Shown here in pieces: positions 28,041 through 41,834 of a stretch of 64,000 bases of DNA; the stretch's first letter is position 1; every line of letters begins with the position of its first letter. Source of the stretch: Podarcis liolepis. Lineage: Eukaryota. The stretch lies in assembly GCA_965112155.1 (NCBI GenBank), contig OZ218102.1; one strand, written 5' to 3'. Position numbers and translations under genes: made by a program. Below the pieces are notes generated by a model, which was not told the origin of the DNA, searched no databases, and was given only the letters and a program-made list of their open reading frames with translations.

Positions 28041-29126
28041 GAAATAGGCTGTAAAAGACTCCCTTGTTCTCTGTGGATCAGCCACAGAAAGGGATAGTTC
28101 ATATACTTAGATAGATTTACCCATAGCTATTCATCCCCAGGTTCTTTCCCTGCATTTAGTGCTTCAGGAACAGTTCTCTGCAGTGCTCTGACCTTTGATA
28201 GCTCCCTCTTTGTACCACCAAATCCATGCTTCATGTTTCGATCCTAAGGAAACTCACCAAAAGTTGCCTTTACTCCTTCACTGGCATTACCAGTGGGGCC
28301 TGTGGGTAAACAGCACCAGAGCAAAAAGCTGCTCTCGGATCAAAGGTGTTTTCATAGACAAGATGTGCCAATGTGAATAGGGAACAGTTACAGTGACTGT
28401 ACACAAAGTCAGACAGAAATGTCCTAAGGACATTTCAGATAGGGTGGGGTAGTTGTTTAATAATGGAGACTTGTGTCATGCCCTCTCACTAAGCCCCAGG
28501 GAGGGAAACAACATTTTTACTTCACTTATCTTCACATGATAGTTCTGTGATGAGATGAGTCGCCATTATTTATGCTATACACGTAGAGAACCAAACCTGG
28601 GAAAGGGATTTTTTTTAAGGCTATTCACTGAGTCTAGGGTTGCCTAGGGATTTGAACCCAGGTCTCCTGATTCCACCTTCCAGCCCATGACCACTGGAGT
28701 TTTCTTAGCTGATTTTGGGAAGTTTAAGGAGCTGTGCTTACCTGCAGTGCATCTTGTTAGCATGAGACCCCAGCAAACTGCCTAGCAGGTAATTGCAGGA
28801 TTGGGGTATTAAAGAACAGGACCACAGTAAATGTGGGCATTGTGAAGAGGGACTGCAGAATACGTGAAAGCATTACCCTACAGCTAAGCATATAGACACT
28901 AGAGTGTTCTATAAAAGAATCAAGGAAACACCGGTTGCAGTGACACTTAAGAGACTCAGACTGATAGAACGCATTATGCTGCCAAATTAAATTTCCAAAG
29001 CCTAGGTGCCACTTCTCAAAAGCAGAATCGGGAGACAAAAGTTGTGTGTGGAAGTGGGGCTTCCATGCCCCCAAACACCCCCTTTGATTTCCCTTGCACC
29101 CCGCATCCCTTACTAATGTTCTAGAC

Positions 29127-29292
29127 CAGTGGTTCCCAATTGGTGGTCCGCAGACTGCAGGGGGTCTGTGGCACTATTCACGTAACAAAAGGTACTATAG
29201 AGGTATCAAAATTTGCAAAAGTAGGGGTTCCATGGCTTGGCTTCTGAAAAACGGGGGGGGGGGCACAGAACTTAGCTAATTGGAAACCACTG
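29127..29292. mobile_element. hAT MITE
   Basis: TIR cagtggttcccaatt / aattggaaaccactg; perfect 8-bp TSD TTCTAGAC. Confidence 0.92.
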
Positions 29293-32263
29293 TTCTAGAC
29301 ACATGACTGAAACATGATGCTGACACTCCAGCTGACGGGGAAAATGGCAGGGAGAATTGCAGTGGGGAAGTAGCTGGCAAGGAAAGGATTCCCGCTTCCA
29401 GGACACCTATTCAGTAGAGAAGCAGCAGCTAGGAGGCTGAAAAGTGAATTGGCTGTAACGTACGGTCCCAGACGATGAGGAAAACTAATGTCCCAGCTGA
29501 CTGCAAGCAAATACTTTGTCCTTGATCTTGCAGTTTCTTTAATTGTTTGATTTTAGTGCTTTACTGTGCTATTGATGGAAGGATTTTGCTACAATGTTTT
29601 CATAAAATCACACTGTGGTATAAAAACTAGTATCCTGATTCTTGGCACATTTACTTGATAGCTTTTACTAGATAGCAAGTTTCAGTATTCACAGTGCAAC
29701 CCATTTCCATGTTGTGTGCAGTATTCCCTAGGTAATAATTAGTCTAAGAACGAGGGTCTAAATAAAAGTGTTGACGGACTAACAGATTATTTTCAGTCCT
29801 TGGTGTCTCCTGTAGCTTCATCATAGCAACACCTATTATAATTCTCAGGTTGCATTAAGGTGGTTGTCTTCAACCTTTCGGTTCACCTCTAGCCCCAATC
29901 TGCAACATGGAGCCCACATTTATGTTTTCTCTTTTCTTTCCTTTTTCTTAAAAAGAAAAGAAAAGATGATTGTGATGATGCCATTGGTACAATCCACTTC
30001 AGGTTACACAAATTGAAAGCCAGTGTCTTTATGCTTATTTAGGTTAGAAAATTATCTACAATAGCATTGTCCTCCAAAGGAAAGTTAATGTTAAAACTTC
30101 CCCCATCGTTACTCTTGAGAAGTCAGCTTGTTTTAAGTTTTGGAGGAAGCTAAACACCCTTTAAATTGTGTTTCTGTTCCCATTGCATCCCCTCCAGTCA
30201 TGCACAATATCCATTTCAATGGGATGCCCTCAAAATAAACATTTGCATTCTTAATTATGTATCATGGTTAAGAAGATGTTTCAGATCCAGTTTGTTTATT
30301 CCATTTGTATTGTTACTTTTATTTTTGTCCATCGCTCATTTTCAACAGGTAGGACCTGCTAGGTCAATTTTGATTGTGAGCTGTTGGCATGTTTGGATCC
30401 CCATGCCGTGTAGAAAGAAAACTTAACTGCTGGTTTTTAATTATTACACATACACTCTCATTTCCAAGCTTTATGTAACACACATTTTGAGTAGGAGTGC
30501 TTCCATTATCTGTAATAAACAGCCTCAAGTGCTCCAGCACTGGAAATCATAGCAACCAAAGTTAGCAGATTCGTACTTCAACAAAAAGATAGCTTGACTT
30601 TGCCCAGTACCATAACCCCTGTATTTATTCATCACATTCATACCTGTCTTCAAAGGTTATTTAATTTATACATATTGGAAAGCTTGAAATTTTATATTTT
30701 ACATTCCTGTGTTAATGGCTTGCACCTATTTAAATTTAAAAATATGATATGCATGTATTCCAATTAACGCAGAGCAGACACACATCAAAGACCAAGCTGT
30801 AGGTTGCAGGTTTTGAGAATACAGTAAATAAATAATAATACATTTACAAGTGGATATAGTGCCTGCGGGCATGGTCTGTTCACATCTGAAGGTGCAGCAC
30901 TTGTGCATGGAGGGTCCAAAGTTAGCATCCTACAGCCCTGATTCCCTTTCCCATTTATGTGTGAACAGGCAGCATGATGAGATGTTAGGAGAATATTGGG
31001 CTTCTTATGTCCATCATCCAACTCTCTCTTGCGCCTGACACAAGAGGAGGGAGGTGAGAGACATGTGCAGGCCTCCTGCTCTCCTTAATATCCCGTCAGA
31101 TTGACTGTGCACATGCCTGTAGATTTGGTCTCCAGGAAGCTCTCTTGAGCTGTATTGGAATCAACCATACATCTAGGTCCTGCTTGTGATGCAAATGGAT
31201 TGTGACATTTGTAGAGTTTTCTACCATATGTGATCAGCTACACAGCAAAGTCATGGGGATTTTTTAAGAGCATGTTGTTTATGTCAATATCAACCTAAGC
31301 TCACAGAAAGCGAGGCTAGATCTATTTAGCTGTATGCATGAGTTTATTTTATTGTGTGGGGTGGGCAGATAATCCTGGCTATCATGTGTCACAAAATATG
31401 TAATTTTATTACATCAGGGTTTTATAGCAATAAAAGCTTTTATGCAGCGCTTTTCGAATGTCCAAAGTGCTTTGAATATATTTTATCTCAGCATACGTAC
31501 AACAACCCCTGTAAGGCAGGTCAGTGTTGTTATCCCCAGATTGATGATTTGGGATGATGGACCAAAAGAGAGAAGACCCTTACCTAGTAAATTCATTGCA
31601 GATTTCCTGTTTCACGGCTGATTCTTAGTCTGTGTACCACAGTAGCTCTCATAGAACACTTAATAGGGGTTTTTGGGTGTGCTGCTTATGCAACGTGTGA
31701 GAGGATGCCCTCTGAATTCTAATTTTAGCTCATGTAGCAATTGCCGTTCCTTTAAAGGATTGCTGTGAGCCAGTGCAGGAAGAAAGAGCTGGAGTCTAGA
31801 CCTGATTGAGCTGGGACAAGGGAGCTAAAGCCACGGTGGCTCAAGAGCTTAAAAATAAATGACATTGGCAAAGCAAATGTATCCAAGCATCCACTTTGCT
31901 TCATGTGTTGCTTCAGTTGCTAAAAATCCACTTTCGCAAATTTATTGCCATTTGCCACTTCTGCAGGTAGCATAGTTTCAAAAGTGAAGCTCTTCATGCT
32001 TCAACTAATTTCATTGCCATTCACCTCCATAATCATTGTCATATGCATTTGTGCTTCACTGTCAAACGTATTTCTTCCCTTCGCTGATGCAAAAGCAATT
32101 GCTCTCCTTGCAACCAAACAGAAGCTATTAACTTTGTAAATGTTATCACTGTCAGGCAGTTCACCAAGCTAGTGTATTGGCTGGGGAATGAAAATTAAAA
32201 GATTGCTCTTCCCACCCAGCCCAATCACTCCTTTAAATTATAAAGTATGACTTTATATACTAG

Positions 32264-32470
<207 letters not shown>

Positions 32471-33754
32471 TAAGGCAGAACTGCTGGAGGCTGGAAAAAA
32501 TAATTCCTGGGCCCTAGGAGGCTGGGGAGATCATTTGGCTTGCACTAAACCTACCAAGTTCACGTGTCCCAAACAAAACATAGCTATCCTAAAAAATTGT
32601 GCTTCTCCAAATCTTGTGACACACTGCTCCAGTTTGTTGTAGGAAGTGCACACAGAGATGTGCATGTTTAACATAATGAAAATGCATTCTATGGGGAAAT
32701 TGCTTGCAAAGATATTAGAAAAATATATTAGAAAAAGGAAAACTGCAAAGTGACTGGAAAAACCAGGCACTGTGTGAAACTGAAATTGACAGATACATCC
32801 ATCTCTACTGGGCCTAAATTTGGCTTTCAAACAAGGCCTGCCCGCCCGCAAGGGAAGCTGAGGCAGCTGCCTCGGGCAGCTTCCAAGCAGTATCCCACCA
32901 AAATCTTGTGAGATCTCATGTACTCTGTGAGATCATGACCATCGTCATCGCTTTGTGGGTACTTCTGTGTGACCCTGGTAAAGGAGGCAGTGGCAGCGGC
33001 AGGACAGGGTGGCCCCTTCCTGTTTCACCTCAGGCAGCAAAACGAGGCACACCCATGCTCTCAAAGGCAACAAGACCTGTAGCCTTAGGATCTTTCAGTG
33101 CAGGTATGAGCAGAAGGTAGACCGCTGTCCACCAGGGGATTTCGAGTGGATAACCTAGTAATTGCTGGTTGATGGGATTTAAAAATAAACTAAAGCTGCA
33201 CTAGGTGCATCTTGATCTTATTCTGCAACACGTTCCTTATGTTCTGAAGCAAGAGTGATCACTTAATGCCAATTCATTATATATTTAACCTTTGAGAGAT
33301 CCTGAATTTGCATTCTTGCTTTGCAAATGTAAAACACATTAGTGGACCATGGAGATTCTAGAGGAGAAAATAAGGAATCACCAAGACTGAATTTAGTCAT
33401 CTGGGGTTCTGGGGACTCTTATGTGGTTCCAGATAGCCCATGCTCTAAGACCACTGGATAGGTAGGGACCTGAGATAATAAGGGTGAGCAATAAGGGAAG
33501 GTGCCTTAGACAGAGTCAGGCCATTGGTCCATTGGTCCACAGCAGTGTTTCAAGATATCAGGCTCCCCACCCCCACCCCAGGTCCCTCCAAAGATCCTTT
33601 CTCTGGATCTGCCAGAGATTGAAGTTGCAACTGTCTGCACAAAAGCATACAGCCTGACACAGAGTTACACCTCCTGTAACGGAATGAGTGCTGCTATCAG
33701 AGCTGTCAGAACTGTTCAGATGCCACTTCCATTTTTTCTTCTTCTTTCAACCAG

Positions 33755-33972
33755 GTGCTGGGAAATCCTATGGCAAATGCTAACAATCCTATGAACCCAG
33801 GAGGAAATCCCATGGCTTCTGGGATGACTACCAGCAATCCTGGCATGAATTCACCTCAGTTTGCTGGGCAGCAACAGCAGTTCTCGGCCAAGGCAGGCTC
33901 CAATCAGCCGTACATACAACCGGGCATGTATGGGCGGCCCAACTACCCAGGGAGTGGAGGCTTTGGGGGAAG
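33755..33972 (+). CDS. ZMIZ1: ZMIZ1 coding exon (approx. exon 10)
   Basis: aaccag|GTG...AG|gtaagg; [17 protein letters not shown]...YPGSGGFGG; 218 nt. Confidence 0.98.
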
Positions 33973-34388
33973 GTAAGGCTGGTTTATGTAGAATAGAACT
34001 TGGCACTTCTCAGGCATGTAAGTAGGCAATGAATGGATGTATTTTAAGCAGGAGCAGCTTAAATGACAAGGTCCTTTGCCATACAACACATGGACCACAT
34101 ACACATGTCTGAGAGGCATATCACGCTCCCTCCGCTCGATAAGACATGCAAATAAAAACTCACCTGCAAGATCCAACCCAGCATTCTTTTCTCAGCAATT
34201 GTCAGTCGGATGCCTTTGGGAAGGGCACAAACAGGACATGATGCTAATGAGCTTTTCTTGTTGCTTCCCCTAACATCCAGAATAGGGTGATACAGTGCCT
34301 TTGTAGATGGAGGATCCATGTAATTCTCACAGTTAATAGGCACCAATGGATTGATTCTCTGTGAACTTGCCTGATCCATTCTTAAAGT

Positions 34389-34524
34389 CAGGGATAGGGA
34401 ACCCAGGGCCCTCCAGACACTATGAATGAGAGATTCCCATCAGCCCCATCTGACATGGACAGTTGTCAGGGATGATAGGAGTTGTAGTCCAGGAATATGG
34501 AGGGCCACAGGTTCCCCAGCCCTG
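34389..34524. mobile_element. hAT MITE (common squamate short family)
   Basis: TIR cagggatagggaacc / ggttccccagccctg; TSD CTTAAAGT and TTTAAAGT; related degraded copies at ~48170-48270 and ~51660-51790. Confidence 0.8.
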
Positions 34525-36270
34525 TTTAAAGTCCACATTTAGTAGTGAATGCCATATTCATATAGATGTATACAGAGGAAACTCTTGGCAGTTAGCCTAT
34601 TCAGCTGATACTTCATGCCTATGTTGAGATTGGGAGTCACATGTTTCTCTTGCCTACTCCTCACTGTGGGAAGGACCAACCACATTAATCTGAATATTGG
34701 ATCTTCCTGGCCTTATGAAATAACAATCAAATTCTGTTTCACAAGGACATGGAGACTGCATATGGAAATAAAAGTCTGGTGATTTCTGGTTTGGTTGCTC
34801 ACTTATCATCCCAAGGTGAGGAAAAGAACAGGCAAACCTGAGGGCCACTTCCAGTCTCTTAATCTGATCAGACCCCAAGAGACCCATACTATCATAAATC
34901 TGACATGCTAGAGAGATTATAGTCCTTCTATAATATGGTTATAAAATGGTTGTCTTACTGAAAGTTATGTAGTTATGGGGTCTTTGAACCTAAACTATAT
35001 ATAGTTATAAGATGGTTAGCTTACTGAAATTTCACTTTTCTTATTGTTCATCACCTTTGCAATAAGGGAATAAAAATCACAGTCCCAGCTTTAGGGCATT
35101 CTTGAAAAAAACAGTGAAAGAAGAGGGTGACATAAGCATAGGAGCTGGAGCCTTAACAGTATAGTGTACTGTTAATGGATAATCATGCTGTCAATTTCTT
35201 CCCCCTGCTTACGCAAAAAGTCTGAAGGGGTTACAGTTAACTATGCCTAGTATAGCTACATAGTTGCTTTAAAAAAAAAAGGCTGTCTAGACTCAGAGGG
35301 AAATTAATCACAGTAGCAGGAAATGATTTGCAAATGACTTAGGTCAATCAATTAACTCTAATAAACACCTAAAATAAAGTTTTAATTAACTCTGAAATTG
35401 TGACACAAACCACAGTTTAGCCATGATTAACATTTTGCTAAGCTAGGAGGAGAAGGATATTGATGGATACAAGTACTGCTGCTTTGCATGAGAGAATGAT
35501 CTTTGAATGTGACTGAATCTGAGGCCCAACAATACTGTGCTTGCGTTCGAATTGTCACCACAGAAAATTCATCTGACAAAACATTGGTCTGAGATGGTTA
35601 TATTTATCTGCATCGTTCAGAAACAATTCAGGCACGCCTCGTTGATTTATGTTTATGCAGACTGATGTTGTCATCAATACATATTGGCACACCTAGACCT
35701 ACCAAGTACCCCAACGTGCTGTCATTGCCCCCACTGAGGAGGGAAAGCCCTTCCTTCCTCCAGGTTGCCTGAAGATGGGGTGCCTGGTGAATTTTTCTGG
35801 AGCCACCACATTTCTGAGAAAATAGGCAAATGGATAAAAGCAATTCCCTGCAAAAGTTCTCAGCGGATGGGGATTACAGAATTCATGAAAGGGAACAAAA
35901 ACAATCAGAAAGCTGGGACTGGGGTGGGTTTGGGAATTGAGCATGAATGTAAATAGTACGTTTGCAGTGGATACTCTTGGGAGGGGAGAAGAGGGGAATT
36001 TGCAAAGGATTGCCACCTGGAATGAGGTGTGAGAATTAAAGTAGCAGAAGAAATCAGCAGAGAAGTATAAAGTGACTCAATTCTGTGGGGGGAAACATTC
36101 TACTTGAAAGCATCCAGAGTTATGCTGCAGTTGCAGAATTCCCTAAACTCTGTACGGGGATTATCAAATATTGGTATATAACTGTAGCATCTCACTTTCA
36201 TTCTGCACATCTCTCCCCCCCCCCCCCGTATTGTTTCTGTTATAGTCCCAAATGCAAGCTCGAACACTGA

Positions 36271-36528
<258 letters not shown>

Positions 36529-37264
36529 TAGAGTCATTTCCCCTTTATTATGCTTTAGGCATAATTGGTAACTTCAAGTTACAAAAACTTGGCCCATTTT
36601 CTGGAATGTACTGCATATGCAAGAAGCAGGTGATTGCTGGATGGAAATGCTCCTTCGTTTTCTTTAATTCTTAAATACATTAATCACCCTTTCTGGAAAA
36701 AAGGTTGACAAGTTAAATATACCGTCAGTCACAACTGGAACTATAAAGTCAAATAGAGGGAAAAACCATAATTAATAAATGTGTAACAGATTAAAACCAA
36801 AGAAAGCAGTAAAGAAACACCATAACTTTTAAAACCCAAGAGAAACAACCAGACCTCTAGTAATGAGATGGCTTAGAGGGGTTCCTGGGATGTTGGTTCT
36901 AGAGTTATAAACAAGGCTACCACAAAGAGCCGTGTTCTGAAGATTTTGCATCACAAAAGGAAGGAAGGGCAAAGCCCTCTCTAGATATCTCAAATAATTA
37001 AAGGGGCAGAAATGTTCCTGAATATATATGTTGGTTATTATAGATGGCCTATCTTTGCTGCTAACACACCCAGCTTCTAGTTGCTCAGCCGCTCTTTGAA
37101 CCCAATGTTTTCTGCAGCTTCCTAGCTCACCACCAGGAACTTACTTACTTGTAAACCTATGAAGCTCCCCTTTCTAGTGAAAAGAAAGCATCACCACCTG
37201 TATCTTAAGTGTTAGACTCATTTAGGGTCCTGGAAGAGAGGCCTGAGAAATAAAAAGTTCATAC

Positions 37265-37408
37265 CTAGATTAGAGCATGTTGCTGAAAATGCCAAGATTG
37301 CAGGTCTGATCCTTGTATGGGACAAATGCATATTCCAGCATTGCAGGGGGCTGAACTAAATGATCCTCTGGGGCCCTTCCAACTCTATAATTCTGTGATT
37401 CTATGATT
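37265..37408 (+). mobile_element. SINE with tRNA-like head and CR1-type tail
   Basis: ttagagcatgttgctga...gcaggtctgatcc head; ccttccaactctataattctgtgattctatgatt tail. Confidence 0.75.
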
Positions 37409-38545
37409 AAGCAAGAGAGAGAAAGTCTCTTGTATACATTTGATGGCTGGCCTGAAGTTTTGCATCAGAGCTATGTTTTCTTTACCTAGGAGATTTTTTT
37501 CACCCTGTAAGCCAGTCTTAGACCTTTGCTCCTGAGCCCTTTACTCTAAAATACAACCACCTGACCTATAACAGAAGCAGTGGCATTTCTTCCCTTTCAT
37601 TTCTAAAACATACATGAATAGAAGGGTTCAATGTCTTGTCTTGGAGACCATTCAAGCATTGTGCACTGACAAAGAAATCTTTGGAAGTTAGTGGTTTACT
37701 ACATTAGATGAAGCAATTCAGTTTAAAAGAGTTTTGATTATGTACCTCAAAATTTAGATTGTGTAGCCTTTAAAGCATTCAGCTGGTGAGTTGTTCTGTG
37801 ACATCAGAGCAGCAAAGCCAATGACATCCAGAGAGCTGTGAAAACCTGCCAATGCAGAAGGACTATTAGGCAAAAGCATAAAGAAGTTCTGAAGGAGATG
37901 GAAAGAGACATGAGGGAGGACTATCAGATTTGGGCAACACAATTGTTGGAATAAGAGTGTGGGTCCTCTTATGGGATGACAATGGGTTAAACCACAGGAT
38001 GAAGAGTGTAGGAGTAAATGGAGGAAAGTAAGAGGGGACGATTCTCCAAGAATGGGGGAAGCTCAGTGATAGAGAACATGCAGAATGTCACAGGTTCTGC
38101 TCCCAAAACCTACCTCATGACTTTTTATCCCTTTTGAAAAACCCAACTATAGTAGGTAGTGGTGCATTCCTTTACTTTTTGTTCTGTGGTACTTCAAAAT
38201 AAACTCATAGTAAGTGTACAACGTATACTTATTATGAGTTTATTTTGAAGTACCACAGAACGAAAGTAAACGTGTACAACATATATTACAGGCCACAACA
38301 TGGAGTTCCCATGGCTCTGAGAAACTTACTAACTTTTGCATACTTTTTAGTCACTTTTAGAATTCCAGTTACACCTGCCGCAAGCAGAAATAGAGGCGGA
38401 GGAACGCTACCGCCCTCCCCATTTGCTGATTTTAAAATGCGACATATCCCTGACTCCCTTCAACTTGGCTCCCCCTCCCATTTTAAATGCATGTCGCATT
38501 TTATTCTTTTTTCTTCTTCTGTTGAAGGTTTGTTCCTCTTTCCAG

Positions 38546-38815
38546 ATGGGTCCAACTCAGGCTTATAACAGCCAGTTCATGAACCAGCCTGGCCCCCGTG
38601 GCCCGGCTTCCATGCCAGGCAGCATGAACCCTGCCAGTATGGGAGCGGGCATGACGCCTTCCAGTATGAGTGGGCCACCTATGGGCATGAACCAGCCCAG
38701 GCCGCCTGGAATGAATCCCTTCAACCACGGGCAAAGGATGCCACAGCAAGCCTACCCTGGCCCGCGTCCCCAGTCTTTGCCTATGCAGGCCATGAAGAGA
38801 CCGTATCCAGGAGAG
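38546..38815 (+). CDS. ZMIZ1: ZMIZ1 coding exon (approx. exon 12); alternative upstream acceptor at 38528 adds VCSSFQ
   Basis: ttccag|ATG...GAG|gtgagt; [23 protein letters not shown]...KRPYPGE; 270 nt. Confidence 0.97.
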
Positions 38816-38913
38816 GTGAGTAGCAGCAGAGGCTTCTCCTGCTCTTATGCATGCTATACAGATGATGTGTTTCTGAAGGAGTGTGGCCAACCCCCGTCAT
38901 TCAGCTTGGACAC

Positions 38914-39130
38914 TGAGATCCAGCACTGAGGGCCTTCTGGCAATTCCCTCCCTGCGAGAAGTGAAGCGACAGGGAACCAGGCAGAGGGCCTTCTCGGTAG
39001 TGGCACCCACCCCCTGTGGAACGCCCTCCCGTCAGAGGTCAAGGAGATGAGTAACTACATAACCTTTAGAAGACATCTGAAGGCAGCCCTATATAGGGAG
39101 GCCTTTTAACATGTAATGTTTTATTATGTT
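38914..39130 (+). mobile_element. L2-clade LINE 3' fragment
   Basis: agggccttctcggtagtggcaccc...tggaacgccctcccg (RAFSVVAP..WNALP) ...tttagaagacatctgaaggcagccct. Confidence 0.8.
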
Positions 39131-39166
39131 TATATATATATAGTAGTAGTAGTAGTAGTAGTAGTA
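39131..39166. repeat. (TA)n/(TAG)n microsatellite
   Basis: [18 protein letters not shown] by about 8 TAG units. Confidence 0.9.
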
Positions 39167-39874
39167 TTTCATTATATGGATGATAATTTGCAAAAAAAAC
39201 TCACACATGATTTATGCACCAGTCACTGAAATTTAATACATGGCTGTGTGTGTGTTGATGGTAATTTAATTTACTCTGTGAGGCATACAACTCCACAGCT
39301 ATATATGTGGTTATATATTTTAGGTCTCCAGAATGTGCACTGCTATTAAGATTTATATGTGCTTTATACTGCCTTTCCTGAAAATCAGTGTTTTTGTGGT
39401 GCTGTAAAATATATAATTGATGGTGAGTAAATTATGCCTCATCGTTTATAATAGGAACAGTCCACATCAGAGTTAAGCACTTTTAAATCCCACTGAATTC
39501 AGTGAGAGAAATTTTAGGAAGTTTTTCAGTATTGGATTTTAAAGTGCTCCGCTTTGACTGGATTTTATCCCATTTTTATAAATCAATGTTTCTTTTAAGC
39601 CCTACACTTAAAACTATCAGAAACATCACTTTCTTGGCCTGAGCACTCCAATTGGGCTGATGGGACTTGCTAGTATTCAGCAGAGCCTGGCAATTAAACA
39701 ATTTAGGTTTTTAATTACCACACTAACATTTGAAAGTGTCAGCCAAGGTATAATGAAGTCAAACCATTGGCTTGTGATCATTTTTGTTTGAAGTCAATTC
39801 CACTACATAGGGAGATCAGTTGCATTCAGCTGGAGGTGCACTTTCTAATTTGCCTTCCCTTTTTTACAAAATAG

Positions 39875-40096
<222 letters not shown>

Positions 40097-40152
40097 TAAG
40101 CGGAGTTCACAAGCTCCATTCTGAAATCTGTAAATAAGTATAGGTGACTATT

Positions 40153-40270
40153 TGGAGCTATATTCAACTAGATTTTACTTAAAACTAGACCCATTGAAAT
40201 TAATGAACACGACTGAGGGCCATTAATTTAAATGGGCCTACTCTGAGTAAATCTTAGTTGAACAACACCC
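40153..40270. repeat. Palindromic (hairpin) interspersed repeat
   Basis: ttcaactagattttact...cccattgaaattaatg / cattaatttaaatggg...agtaaatcttagttgaa; related partial copy at ~7845-7912. Confidence 0.7.
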
Positions 40271-41650
40271 AAACAATCAGGCTGCAACTAGAACAGGCTG
40301 CATACAGCCCTCAATGTCTTTTTGGCAGCCCTTGATGCCTTTCTTGTAAGAAGGTGCTGGGTTTTAGGAAGGAGGTCTGACAGGGTCCTGTCTCCTTCCC
40401 AAAGCCCAGTTAGTGCTTTCCCAGCTTTGGGAATAACGCAGAAGGCTCTAGGACCCTGCAAGAGCCTGGTGCCTTGCCTTCCTGGCTTTGGGAAGTCAGC
40501 GCAAGGGCTGGAGGGGATGGTCATATTTTTGCCTAGTTCCCTTGCCCCCCCCCCCACGTATTTGTGTGGCCTGCGGGTTCCCTGTCCATGTACTCTTGTG
40601 GCCTACTTGGTATGAAAAGCTGGGCCACCCTGAAATAGTAGTAAGTTCCTGTTGACTTACGTTTGTATCTCTTTTTCTCAAGTTTCATAAAACAACTGTT
40701 GCTTATCTGTATATTTGCCAGCATTGTTTGTATATCTGTGAGATTAAGAAATGGAGTGATACTATCACAATTACCTGTCAAGTTTCCATGTCCTAGAACA
40801 CTTCTAAAATAGTAAGGACAACAGTAGCCATGGTGTAAAATGTACCAGCCCAGGGATGTTGAACCATTTCTCCACTTCTCTCTGCCATGTACTACAGTGT
40901 GGATGGATGTGATGACATGGTTCTGTATATGGGATGATGGAGCATCAAAGCTGTCTGGGAGTCATGATGAATCCAAGATAATTCCTGGGCAATGCTGTTC
41001 TTCCAAGTTCCTTCTGGTGCTTCATTGACCATTATGAGCAGATGGTTTGCTACCAAAGGACCTCCATCTCCACTGGTTGTCTCTGCCCCACCAGCAATTA
41101 CTATCAACATTCCTCATGAACATAGGAGCACCCCATTCAAATGTCCCTATTTTCATGCAGAATCCTGGAGGGTAAAGCAGAGGTGACCATCCTTCCTCTC
41201 TCTGGATGCTGCTGCACTCCCAAAACAATTTCCCCAAATATAATGCATTCATGTATGTTATACAGACTCGTGATATATGCACTTTTCTACACATTACTTG
41301 CCTGGAGAACTGCATTTCAAAATTCAGAGGCATGCAAATTTTGAAGGATGCCCCTGTTCCAGTCCTGACATTGTTTCTGAAAGGGTGAATTGGGAAACTT
41401 CACTCTTAAATGGGAACTGAACTGAATTTCCCCCCCTCTCTAGTCAGGGATGGTGCAAGTTGTTGTCTTGCAACATCTGCAAGGCCTCCCTCAGGTTAGC
41501 ACCCCTGGCCAAAAGCATTCCCCTTTCTGAGGTGTAAAACATGCAAAAGAGTACCAGGATCACTCCTGGGAGGCATTGCTTCCATCCAACTAACTGTGGC
41601 TTAGGGGAGACCAGCTTTCTTTCCACCACTTGTCTGGTGTCAGCATACAC

Positions 41651-41832
41651 CAGTGCTGTCCAAACTTTTTTCAAAGAGGGCCAGATGTGATGAAGTGAAG
41701 GGCCGACCAAAGTTGTTAACCTTTTTTAGGATTGAAGTTGAGTTTTTTTAAATAATTTTACCCCAAAGTTTGTAGAGCTTTTTTTAGGATTGAAGTTGTT
41801 GAACTTTGTTTAGGGTTTAAGTTGTTGAGCTT
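41651..41832. mobile_element. Left part of a hAT MITE; right end missing
   Basis: Left TIR cagtgctgtccaaacttttt and internal tttaggattgaagttg repeats; no right TIR and no repeat of the upstream 8-mer GCATACAC before 43194. Confidence 0.8.
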
Positions 41833-41834
41833 CT

